NCBI RefSeq assembly: GCF_009914755.1
Contig: NC_060933.1
Strand: one strand, 5' to 3'
DNA length: 64,000 bases
Source: the human T2T-CHM13v2.0 reference genome, Homo sapiens
Shown here: positions 52,822 to 64,000 of the stretch, piece after piece
Position numbering within the stretch: position 1 is the first letter of the stretch
Layout of the letters: each line of letters begins with the position of its first letter
Made by a program: the position numbers and the translations under genes
Notes under the pieces: model-generated
What the model was told of the DNA's origin: nothing
Database searches by the model: none
What the model saw: only the letters and a program-made list of their open reading frames with translations

Positions 52822-53150
52822 TCAACAACACAGAAACTCATTTCTCTTTCCCAGGAAAGGCCTGGTGCGGAGTCCTTGGGGACCTAGGTGACTTCCATAT
52901 TGTTGCTCCATCATGGAGCCTGCATTCCCAAAGTCACCTCAGAGTACAAAATGGCTGCTGGGGATCCCACCATTGTGGGATCCAGCCTGCAGAGAAAGAA
53001 GAGGGGTGAAGAGGCAGAGGCAAGGCTGCCACTCAGATATCTCTTAAGAAAGGCTATAGGTAGCTGTTCCTTGACACATACGGTTTCAAAACTTTGCTCA
53101 GATCTGTCAAAGGAAGCAGGGAAGGCTGGCCTCGTGATAGGCGCTGTGTT
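52822..53150 (-). mobile_element. Old MaLR LTR fragment (MLT1J/K/L-like)
   Basis: ggggacctagg...ttccatattgttgctcca...caaaatggctgctggg. Confidence 0.5.
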
Positions 53151-53304
53151 TTCAGGTAATAGGTGGGGATCCTGTAACTATGTAGACTCAGTGGATGGAT
53201 ACTGGGAAAGCCAGGCTTTTGTGTGTGTTTGTGAGGGTTCAGGAAGGAGTCAGGCATTTATAAGAGGTGTATTACTATTATTATGTAAATAAATCTAACA
53301 ACAA

Positions 53305-53515
53305 CAGCACCAATAATGGGTAACAATTATATAATAGGTACTCTGTGCCAGGTAATGTTCTAAGTGTTTTACAATTTTTGATTGATGCAGTCCTCAAAAT
53401 AACCATATGGGAAAAGTGAGGCAGAAGAAGATGAAATGACTTGCTCAGGTCACACAGCCAGCAACTGACTGAGCTAGATCTTCAAGTGGCTGCTTCCAGA
53501 CACTGTGCCCTTGAC
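53305..53515 (-). mobile_element. MIR
   Basis: tactctgtgccaggtaatgttctaagtgttttac...aaatgacttgctcaggtcacacagcca. Confidence 0.8.
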
Positions 53516-53516
53516 C

Positions 53517-53944
53517 CACTGGCTCCACTGGTGGAAGTTTAATGACCTGCTCTCCAAACAAAAACGCCCTGGTTTGAAGCATTTGCCAAATCCTGTGATA
53601 CAAATCCTTCAAGCTACCAATATGACATCACTGAGCAGAGTCCGGGAGGAATTAGAGTGCATTATGTTACTATATAATACTTTATTATCATATTATACAG
53701 TGTTTCCCCCAGACATACAGTATAGATTTCAGTAATCTCAAAAGCATAGGTTTACAATGTAGTGAAATTATTAGAAACTGATACGTTTTGAGTATTTATC
53801 TTCTTAAAAATGTGGTTTATTTAATTTAAAATTTCTGTTATTTAATCTTGAATACTTGCTAGGTTTAATGACTAGCCTGTAAAATTCCTGACAATTTAAA
53901 ATTGGCTCTTGTGACCCAGTACACGCTGACTTCAGGCTCCACTG
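53517..53944 (+). mobile_element. MER63 (hAT-Blackjack)
   Basis: gccctggtttgaagcatttgccaa...ttcaagctaccaatatgacatcactga...ggctcttgtgacccagtaca...ccactg. Confidence 0.75.
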
Positions 53945-54650
53945 CCCCAACCAGGATGCTTTACAAAAAACTTAAAACTAAATATTACACATGGGTGCCC
54001 CTTAACAACTAATGACCTGTTGCCTCTTCAGCCAGCTGGAGCTTTGGCCTCCAGAGCAACGTCCTATCTTTCTGCTCCATTTCTGACTTCTCAGTTCCCA
54101 ACATCTAAGAAGTAATAAATAAAATTGAACATACATTTTTCAAAAATCTCATGTTCCTAGGGAGAGTAATTCCTTCCTTTGCTTTCCCATTTCTTGCTGA
54201 CTCGTTCCCTCTCTGACTGACTAGCTGTGCATGTGAGTCAGAGTCACTAGCTGTGGAAATGGAGCCCCTTCCAAAAAGGCATTTTGATCCAGCTCTTAAT
54301 GTTCCTCCTACGTTGTTTTGGAGTGGTCCTTCTCAGGACAGCTGGTGGTAGGAGTAATTTTCTTTAATTTATGGAGCGGTATCTAAGTCATGTAGACTCA
54401 CAGTGAAGAGAGTGTATGTCTCATAGCACAAGGGGATGCCCTTGCACTGGGGCTGCCTTGGACAAAAGAGGACGTGATGCTGCCAGAGTTGGGAGAAAAC
54501 TTTGAACTGAGACTGTGAGTTTGACAAGGAGATTATTCCAAAGGGAAGGATGGTGTTCTTCAGCTCCACTCCTCAAATTCCCAGAGCCTCTCAGTTGTAC
54601 CTACTGGGCATTCCAAGAAACTTGTGTTTGAAGCAATTGTTTTGTTTCTT

Positions 54651-54959
54651 TATTTTATTTATTTATTTATTTTGAGACAGGGTCTCACTCCCCTTGCCCA
54701 AGCTACAGTGCAAGGGCTTGATCATGGCTCACTACAGCCTCGACTTCCGTGGGCTCAGGTGATTCTCCCACCTAGGCCTCACAAGTAGCTGGGACTACAG
54801 GTGCGCGCCACCATTCCAGGCTGTTTTTTTGTATTTTCTAGTAGAGATGGGTTTTTGCGAAGTTGTCCAGGCTGGTCTTGAACTCTTGGGCTCAAGTGAT
54901 CCACCTGCCTAGGCCTCTCAAAGTTCTGGGATTACAGATGTGAGCCACCAGGCCTGGCC
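54651..54959 (-). mobile_element. AluJ
   Basis: gagacagggtctcactc...atcatggctcactacagcctcgac...gggctcaagtgatccacc; TSD tgtt(t/c)tgtttcttt. Confidence 0.95.
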
Positions 54960-55084
54960 TGTTCTGTTTCTTTAAAAAAAAAAAATTGAAAATCACTGAT
55001 CTAGCAGATGGAAGGGTGTATTTCATAAATGCTGCTTTCTCTGCTCAAGACACCTGGTCCTTCTGATGAGCAAAGCTCTATTCT

Positions 55085-55350
55085 TCACCCTTCAGTTCAC
55101 TTCATCCTGGGAAGCTTCTTTGCTGCTGAAGTCAGGGACCCGCATCCCTCCTGGGCTGTCACAGTGCTGAGCATTCTTTTCTCATGGCCCTTATCTCATG
55201 CATCATAATTATCGTTTGTGTGTCTTTCTCACTAGACTATAAACTTTGTGATGGGCTGTGATGATGGATGTTATATCTTCTAAAAGGCCTGGCACCAAAT
55301 AGGTGATCAGTCACTCATTATTTAACTAACTTGATGAATAGATACAATGC
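55085..55350 (+). mobile_element. L2 3' end fragment
   Basis: tgtctttctcactagactataaactttgtgatgggc...gcctggcaccaaataggtgatcagt...tgaat. Confidence 0.7.
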
Positions 55351-55371
55351 AATGCATTATTTTGTTAGCTA

Positions 55372-55438
55372 TTACATTGGTGCAAAAGTAATTGCAGGTT
55401 TAATGGCAAAATCCGCAATTACTTTTGCACCAACCTAT
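55372..55438. mobile_element. MADE1 mariner MITE (internally shortened), miR-548-family hairpin
   Basis: ttggtgcaaaagtaattgc ... gcaattacttttgcaccaa perfect 19-bp inverted repeat, TA-rich flanks. Confidence 0.95.
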
Positions 55439-56356
55439 TAATTATTAAAGCACAGGAGGGAAATCTTTCATAAAAACCAGGGTTGTCCAGAAGTCAAAAG
55501 TAAGTGGACACTATTAGATTATAGAATTATTTTTTTTCTGGTCTGCTGTGGAAGGCAAGGTCAGGGTTAGTGCATGAAAGATTCAAGAAGGGCAGTGCAG
55601 TGCAATCTATGCAAAAACCTTCCTCATTTTACAGTGTCATAAAATGGACAGCGGTGATTCTGGCAGCTTTGGAGTTTATATACACTATTTTTCTGTAAAA
55701 ATACAAAGTGACATGTAATATATTTACAAACCCTTAGTTGGTGAATTGAAGAAAGGAAATCTCTGGATTCTGCAGGCAAGTGTTGAATTCAGGAGAATAT
55801 CTTTGTGTTCCTCCAGAACCAGAACTGAGAGCAGATTCAATGCATGTAGTTTATTTGGGTCATGATCCTGGGATTGAAATATATAAACAGAATAAGTTTA
55901 GAGCAACTCTGAGAATAGAATTGGGGTCATGGTAGGCTTTTCCACCTTTTGTTCCTACAGCCAGTATTTACTCCCAGACTAAAGGCAGAAATGCCTGCTT
56001 AGGAGAGAAGCTAGGGCTCCTAAAACAATAGAGGCCCTGAGATACGGCCCAGTTTTGTATCTGATGCTTGAGTAGGCCTGCCAATTTCCCTTATCATTAT
56101 TTATACCCTTAAAGAAGTCACCAGGTGATGTATCTTACCTGTAGTCAGACCTTGCAAGAAGCCCTCAGACCCTGGAGAAGGACCAAAAAATGAGAGTAAT
56201 GGTAGAAGAAAACCTTGTGAACTCTCTGAATAAATCATCCATATGATTTATTTATAAACTCATACTCCAAGAAAAAGAATCAAAGGAAAATGAAAGAAAA
56301 GAACAGGGTCTAGGAGGGAGTGAATAGAATTGATCCCAGAAGAAACAAGGATAATC

Positions 56357-56686
<330 letters not shown>

Positions 56687-56913
56687 AGAAACAAAGACAA
56701 TCCAGAGAACTAAGAGGTACTTTCAAACCTCTATTCAGAGTTAGAAGAGAAGAAATTACATTCGCAATTTAAGAACAGACTATTGTTCGGAAGGTATAAA
56801 ATCAGAACATAGAATCAGTTCATGGGATTAAAAATATTGTACCTAAAGAAAACAGTTCAATAGAACTAATTTATAAAGTAAGAAATGTCTCAGTACAAAG
56901 AGATGAGAAACAT

Positions 56914-56954
56914 GACAGAGAAAACTAGAGACAGAGAAAACTAGAGACAGAGAA
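56914..56954. repeat. 16-bp tandem repeat (2.5 copies)
   Basis: gacagagaaaactaga x2 plus gacagagaa. Confidence 0.9.
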
Positions 56955-57897
56955 CAGAGATTGCTCATTCAGAAATGCTATCTTCTATTAGGAGTCTACA
57001 AAAGTAAAAGAGAGAGAAAAAAGGGGGAGTTTATTATATGTTTTAAACAATGATAGAAAAAAGGAATATATACATATTCAACTAGATCTTCATTTAGGCA
57101 CATCCTAAGGCAATTTCAGAAAACTAAGAATAAAACAAAGACACTAAAACATTCTAAAAGCAACATGCATGTTACCTGCAATGGAAGAAGAAAAAGACTA
57201 GTAGAAAAGTTTCCATCAGTAACACTAGTTTTTAAAAGATGATGGAACAGTGCTTGAATGTTCTTAGGAAAATGATTTGGAACTTAAAATTTATTCCCAG
57301 TCAAACTATAGATCAAATGTAATTGAAAAAAATTTTAAAATACACTTTTAGACATTCGGGGAAGGATTAGAAAGTTTACTTTTCATCTATGTACTTTTCT
57401 GAAGGTGCAGAAAAATATTTTCTAAGATCTCTTGAAAATACACTGTTGCAAAAACAAACAAAAGGAGTGCAACCAAGGAGAATACAACGCCTCTAATAAA
57501 CAGGGGTCATAACCTAAGGGCTCCTGAAAAGCAACCCCAGGAGGCTAGCTGGCACTCAGACCTGGAGAGAAGACAGCAAAAGGAGAATTTTTTTTTCTCC
57601 CGGTGGTCACAAATTAGATAATTTCCTCAATATGATAATACTTATGCAAAGATTCTGCGCCCACAAAAGAAAACAAATAAACTTAATGGATATGTACACA
57701 CAGAATATGTATAAAATTGTGCCTGGAAAGTACGCTACCATCTTGATAGGTGTTACTTTGGGGAAATGGCGTAGGAGGTGAGAGAATAAGGGAAGGTTAG
57801 GAGGTTAGAAAAGATGTTTTTGCAATATTTTCATTTCTTTTACAAAAAGATACTATCAGAACGTCCAGCAACATAATCTTGGCTGTGGTATAGACTG

Positions 57898-58180
57898 TTT
57901 AATAGCTTTGTGGAGATATAATTGGCAAACAATAACCTGCATGTATTTAAAGTGTATACCTCAAAAAGTTCTGACATTTGTGTACACCTGTGAAACCATC
58001 ACCACAATCCAAGTGAAGAACATGCCAATCTTCCCTAAAGTCTCCTTATGCTTACTCTTACTCCCTCCGGCCCAACCCTCCTCCCCACCCCAGGCAGACA
58101 CTAAGATACTTTCTGTCACTATACATTAGTTTACATTTCCTAGAATTTTACATAAATGGAATTACACCAGATGCATGCTT
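57898..58180 (-). mobile_element. L1MB7/8-like 3' end
   Basis: tttaatagctttgtggagatataatt...acacctgtgaaaccatcaccacaatc...tttcctagaattttacataaatggaat. Confidence 0.88.
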
Positions 58181-58584
58181 GTTGTTCCAGTGTAATTATG
58201 AAGAGCATCCCTTTCCTGTTTGGACAATAAACTGTACTATAATCAACCTACTACCAGGCAAGTAGCTAGTTGAAGCCTGTTCTTGAGTCCTGGTTGCCTT
58301 TTTCCAAGGAGAGACCACGCTGACTCTTGCTTTTCCTGTCTTTCCACTTGATGCTTTTACTCCCTTGTAGATACTCTGGTTTCTGTCTGGTAAGAGTAGT
58401 GACTTGGGCTGGTCTAACTTGAACAAAAGGACCAGCATGGAGTGCTTTGAACATTTTGACGGATTCAACTTTCAATGTTGTGATGAGTAAACATAGTCTT
58501 GAGTATAACCCAAGTTAGAAGCTCAGAGGCACTTGTAGTTAAAGTAAGCAATTTGGAAACTTACCATCAAGAATAAAGTTGGAG

Positions 58585-58917
58585 GGCTGGTCATAGTATT
58601 TCGTGCTTGTAAACAGCTACTTGGGAGGTCCAGGTAGGAGAATTAACTTGAGGCCAGGAGTTCAATACAAGCCTGGGCAACTTAGTGAGAACTTGTAAGC
58701 AAACAAATAGAGAGATAAATAAATAAATTTTGAAAAGAATTTTTAAAAATTAGCCAGGTATGGTGGCTTACACCTGTAGTCCCAGCTACTTGGAAGGGTG
58801 GGGCAGAAGGATCACTTCAGCCCGGGAATTCGAGGCTGCAGTGAGCTACGATTGCACTGCTACACTCCAGCCCCGGTGACAGAGCAAGTCCCCATCTCAT
58901 AATAAAAATAATAAAAT
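58585..58917 (+). mobile_element. Old AluJ (FLAM-like left arm, expanded A-rich linker)
   Basis: cagctacttgggagg...cttgaggccaggagttcaatacaagcctgggcaac; right arm gaggctgcagtgagctacgattgcac. Confidence 0.88.
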
Positions 58918-59109
58918 GGGGAGAAAGAACATAAATAAGAAACACTGTGAACTCTATTCTACAAGCTGTCATTAGCTCACCCCCAGGAGGTTTTCTCTCC
59001 CATGTTTATCTCTGCTCTCCCTACGTCTCACAAGTCAGACAGGGTGGGATTGATAGAGTTGGCCAGACAACACCCACTGAGGAAATTTCCCTGAAAGAAA
59101 TGTCAGGTT

Positions 59110-60030
59110 TCAGTTACCATGGATGCACACACAAAATGCCCCTACTTGATGGCATAAATGACCATTTGACTATACTTGCAGATTCTGTGATTGGGAGTTC
59201 AGACACGTGCTGCAGAGATAGCTCATCTCTGTTCCACGATGTCTAGGGCTTCAGCTGGGACAACCTGGAACTTTGTGGTTTGCTTGGCCAGCTAGAGGCT
59301 GGAACCATCTGGAAGCTTTCTCACTCGCATGTCTGGTGCCCAGAATGCAATGATTCAAAGGTTGGAATCAGCTGGGGCTCTGTGCCTGCACATGGCATCT
59401 CCATGTGACTTGAGTTTCTCACAGCCTGGAGGCTGAGCTCTGAAAAGGAGGGTTTCAAAAGGGATCGTCCAGACAGCAAGTGTCCCAAGAGAACCGGGCT
59501 GAGGTCCATGCTTTCTGACCAAGTTCCTGAGGCCAGCCCAGCTTCAGCAGGGTGGCTTTAGTGGGGACTAGGATGGCCACATTGAAGAAGAGCATGGAGG
59601 ATGGGATGTGTATAAACTACTTGGGCTGCCATAACAAAAACTGTTGAGTTGGTAGCTTAAATAACAGAAATTTATTTTTCACAGTTCTGGAGGTTGGAGG
59701 TCCAAGATCAAGGTTCTGGCCAATTTGGTTTCCAGTAAGGGCTCTCTTGTTGGTTTGCAGGTGGCTGTCTTCCCACTGTATCCTTACATGGGGTGGCAGC
59801 AGGGAGGAGAGCGATTTTCCTCTTCTTATAAGAAGGACACCAATTCTATCACATCAGGGCTCCATTTTTATGATCTCATTTCTTCATTTAGCCTTAATTA
59901 GTTAAGGCCCCATCTCCAAATAAAACCACATTGGAAATTAGGGCTCCAGCATATTAATTTCAGAGGACCCAAATGTTCCATCATAACAGGATATTGTTGG
60001 GTCTGTCATTGATAAATACAGTCTTCCCAA
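59110..60030 (-). mobile_element. MaLR LTR (MLT1G/H-like) split by a younger MLT1A
   Basis: ggctggaaccatctggaagctttctcactcgcatgtctggtgcc...cacattgaagaagagcatggaggatggga, resumes ggatattgttgggtctgtcatt. Confidence 0.75.
59609..59988 (-). mobile_element. MLT1A-like solo LTR nested in the older MLT1
   Basis: gggctgccataacaaaa...cacagttctggaggttggaggtccaagatcaagg...cataaca; TSD ggatg/ggata. Confidence 0.9.
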
Positions 60031-60081
60031 GCCAGTGACATTAAAAGTAAAAAGGAGAAGAAGAAGGAGAGGAAAAAAATC

Positions 60082-60330
60082 TTTTTCTTTTTTTTTTTTG
60101 AGATGGAGTCTCGCTCTGTCTCCCAGGCATGATCTTGTCTCACTGCAACTTCCACCTCCTGGGTTCAAGCAATTCTGTGCCTCAGCCTCCCGAGTAGTTG
60201 GGATTACAGACACCCGCCACAACGCGTGGCTAATTTTTTGTATTTTTAGTAGAGACAGAATTTCAACATCTTGGCCAGGCTAGTCTTGAACTCCTGACCT
60301 CGTGATCCACCCACCTCAGCTTCCTAAAGC
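60082..60330 (-). mobile_element. 5'-truncated AluS (Sg/Sc-like) with 14-nt internal deletion
   Basis: cccaggcatgatc lacks tggagtgcagtggc; ctcctgacctcgtgatcc; TSD aaaatct. Confidence 0.93.
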
Positions 60331-60348
60331 CAAAATCTCATAGAATAA

Positions 60349-60757
60349 TGTATTAGTCCATTTTCTCTTGCTTATAACTGAATACCTGAAACTGGTAGTT
60401 TATACAGAAAAGGAATTTGCTTCTTATGGAAGCTGGGAAGTCCAAGATAAACAGGGAGCATCTGGTGAGAGACTTCTTGCTGGTGATGTCTCTCTGCAGA
60501 GTCCTGAGGCAGTGCAGGGCATCACATGGTGAGGGGGCAGAGTGTGCCAGCTGAGGCCTCTCTTCCTCTTCTTATAAATCTGCCAGTTCCCCTCCCACCA
60601 TAACCCATTGACCTATTAACCCATGAGTGGAATAATTCTTTCATGAGGGAAGAGCTCTCATGACCCAATCACCTCTTAAATGTCCCACCTCTCAGTATTG
60701 CCATATTGGGGATAAAGTTTCAACATGAATTTTGGAGGAGACGTTCAAACCACAGCA
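60349..60757 (-). mobile_element. MaLR solo LTR (MSTB/MSTC-like)
   Basis: tgtattagtccatttt...ctcatgacccaatcacctcttaaa...tttcaacatgaattttggagg...aaaccacagca. Confidence 0.92.
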
Positions 60758-62010
60758 AATATATAGTGCTGAATTACCTTTGAATTACAAAAAGAAAAAT
60801 GGAGTCAATGAAGAACAGTTCCCTGGGGAAAAGTTAGAGCATGCTTTGGTGGGGGAAGAAAATCTCTGAATTAAGTTTCACTGGATTCCACCAGCTTGAC
60901 TACTAATTGTGAGACATTCTGCAATCATTTGACAGAATTTTCTCATCTACAAAATAAAAGGTGCCTGGGCAATCACCATGAGCCCTCCTGTCTCCAAAAT
61001 TATAGCTTCCTGACTCCAACAGCTTGACTTCTTCTCCCATAGCTTATGCTATATTTCCCTATAATTATCTGCTTCCTTCATCCTCCTGCCACAAAAATTA
61101 ACCTTTATGCTTCTTTTGATACCACTCAAATATCACGCTCTCAAGGAAATTGTTGATTTCCTTTATAAAATGTAATACAGCTTGTGCCTATGTGTGCAGC
61201 ACCCTTTATTTTAGGTAGCTGGTATGATCTTTCTCTGGACTCATGGTGATGGCATTTGGGTTAAAGGAAAGAGCATTTTTTTATTTTTGGTTAATAGCAA
61301 AAACAAAAACTTGTTTTTTACCCAAAATTCGAATCTCTTCCAGTTTAACTAGTCCCTCACCAATAAATAGAAAAATACAATTTTAACTTGCTTGTCAAAG
61401 CTATTGATTGCTTCTCTCCAAGTTTCCCATCTCCTTCCACCTTCCGAAGTGGCAAGAGAAGATTCCACAGCCCAGGAAGTGAGCCCTGAATGATAGGAGC
61501 TTCTGGATGACACCAGGGCTCTGACCTGATAGAGCTGATAGTCTGGTCCCTGGGCAACACGGACCAGACCACTGAAGTGCGATAAGACCATCTGCCCCTC
61601 TGGGTGCTGTGCTGGTCCCACTGATGAAGCGTATGACTCTGGGGAAGCATCCTCCACAGTGCAGAATGAGCCCAAATCTCACCTGATTCTCAGGTTCTCT
61701 TAGCTCTTTCTGGTCCCCTACCTACGGCCACAAGAGGTGAAACAAAAACCCCCTCAGGTAACCAGTTTATTGAATGAAGAGGACTCAGATCAGGAAAATA
61801 CCAGAGAAGCTTTATTGTGTCTAATCCCTGCATGCAAAATTCACTCTGTGAACCTGTTTCTTTTCTGCTTACCTCTCAATTAACATCTTGGATAGGTATT
61901 GTGGCTTTCTGGTGCCTTTGGTTATAGGAACAGTCTCATCTCAGTAATTGTGTTGGTCAGTCCAATGTAATGATCAAACTTCCATTATTATCACATTAAA
62001 ATTGATTTCT

Positions 62011-62384
<374 letters not shown>

Positions 62385-62844
62385 TTATTCAATGCACTGT
62401 CTCCTGCAGGCTAGTGAGGCCCGAAATCAGAAAAGGAGCAGTTTGCTCCAAAGGTTGCTGTCTTTACCCTTGTGAGCTGGGCATCATCAGCCACAATCTC
62501 TGACCTTTGTGCTTTTTCCAGACAAGTCTCAGAAACCAGGTCTCATGGCTCTCAAGTTCCAGGAGGGATAGCCAGTGTCTCTCAGTGGTGTCTGGAAGCC
62601 CCCTTGCTTGATGGGAAGGGTGAATGCAAGCGCCCTCCTCATCCTGATGGAGAGTGCATAGTGGCACAGTGACAGCTTCTGAAGAATTATGCTTTACTAT
62701 GCCAGCCTTTTTCATCATTTAGACCCTGCAAGTGGGTGACTGGCCAATCCTGACTATCTTAGTTTCAAATTCACAAACCTTAGCTGGTTGTCCACAGTTG
62801 ATGTAACTCCTTGCTTTAGTGTTTGGCATTGATTTCAATGTTCT

Positions 62845-63168
62845 AGACTGTGATGACTACTGTGGTACCACTAGCCACATGTGGCTTTTCAAAACTTAAC
62901 ATGCAGTTAGTCCTAACTGAGCTGTGCTGTCATTTAGAAACTACCAATTGTGATAATTTGGTAAGATAAAAATGTAAAAAATATCATCAATGCATTTTAG
63001 ATTGGTTTTGTGTTAAAATAATAACACTTTGCATATATTAGGTTAAATAAAATATAGCATTAAGATTACTTTCACCAGTTTCTGTCTATATTTTTAAAAT
63101 ATGACCACTAGGAAATTTGAAACTACCTATGTGGTGTGTTTATACTTGTATTGTGTGGGCAACTGCTT
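62845..63168 (+). mobile_element. MER33
   Basis: ccactagccacatgtggct...aactgagctgtgctgt...ttaggttaaataaaatata...actaggaaatttgaaactacctatgtgg. Confidence 0.82.
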
Positions 63169-63273
63169 TATCAGATCCAGCCAGAGTCCCATTTAAACAG
63201 GAAATTTTATCACCCAACCACCTTGAGGATCAGGGGATTAGTTCAGCCTATCTGATTAAAATATCTGTTAGTA

Positions 63274-63646
<373 letters not shown>

Positions 63647-64000
63647 CTATAGATGCTCACAGGTTTCAGGAACTTGCAACCAGGAAGAGCCTTGGTAAAC
63701 ACCCTAGGCTTTGGTTGGAACTCAGAAGTCTCCACCTTAGGAGTGAGAATGCCCTGGAAACAGCCCTCTCCAAAGGTTCAGGTTCCTGAATTCCTGGTTC
63801 TCTAATTGGATGAAGGTGATGCAGGAGTGCTAATGCTTCTTTTCCTAGCTTCCTGACAGAAGCAATATCTTCCTGCAGGAAGATTTTATCCTCTAGAGAC
63901 CAGAATGAGCACTACAATTTTCTATCACCGTGTTTCTCACTCAATCAAAAATAATTGGGCATTCAAGGAGAGAAAACCTGACCCGACTAGAAAAGAAAAG

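Noticed and set aside
61558-61650. Hammerhead-ribozyme-like CUGAUGA after a potential stem I
   Set aside because: Lacks the GAAA core, a proper stem II and the NUH cleavage triplet
61618-61692. C/D-box snoRNA-like TGATGA...CTGA spacing
   Set aside because: C box lacks the leading purine, no terminal stem, no evident host intron

Overview
This is non-coding catarrhine-primate (most likely human) genomic DNA. I recognise no protein-coding gene, tRNA, rRNA or CRISPR array, and nearly all ORFs in the track are chance or repeat-derived. A large share of the window is transposable elements: 12 Alus (J/S/Y), about 15 MaLR LTRs (MLT1/MST/THE1), LTR16, a decayed ERVL-class pol/dUTPase remnant with its 3' LTR16A, solo LTR12F, MER31 and MER74-like LTRs, old L1M/HAL1/L2/MIR fragments, and DNA-transposon relics (MER33, MER47A, MER53, MER63, MER5A, Tigger1, MADE1). 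LTRs and L1s occur on both strands, which fits an intergenic or lncRNA region. Family names come from recalled consensus sequences, so subfamily calls and old-element boundaries are approximate. Best leads: (1) a MADE1 hairpin whose minus-strand 5p arm equals mature miR-548i as I recall it; (2) a candidate spliced minus-strand 250-codon de novo ORF ending in an MLT1C LTR; (3) an out-of-order duplicated integrase segment in the ERVL relic; (4) a solo LTR12F promoter; (5) an AluY with Old-World-monkey-like diagnostic bases; (6) putative small exons, a CTCF site, homeodomain motif clusters and several perfect local tandem duplications. I found no convincing novel biological system; all leads need data.
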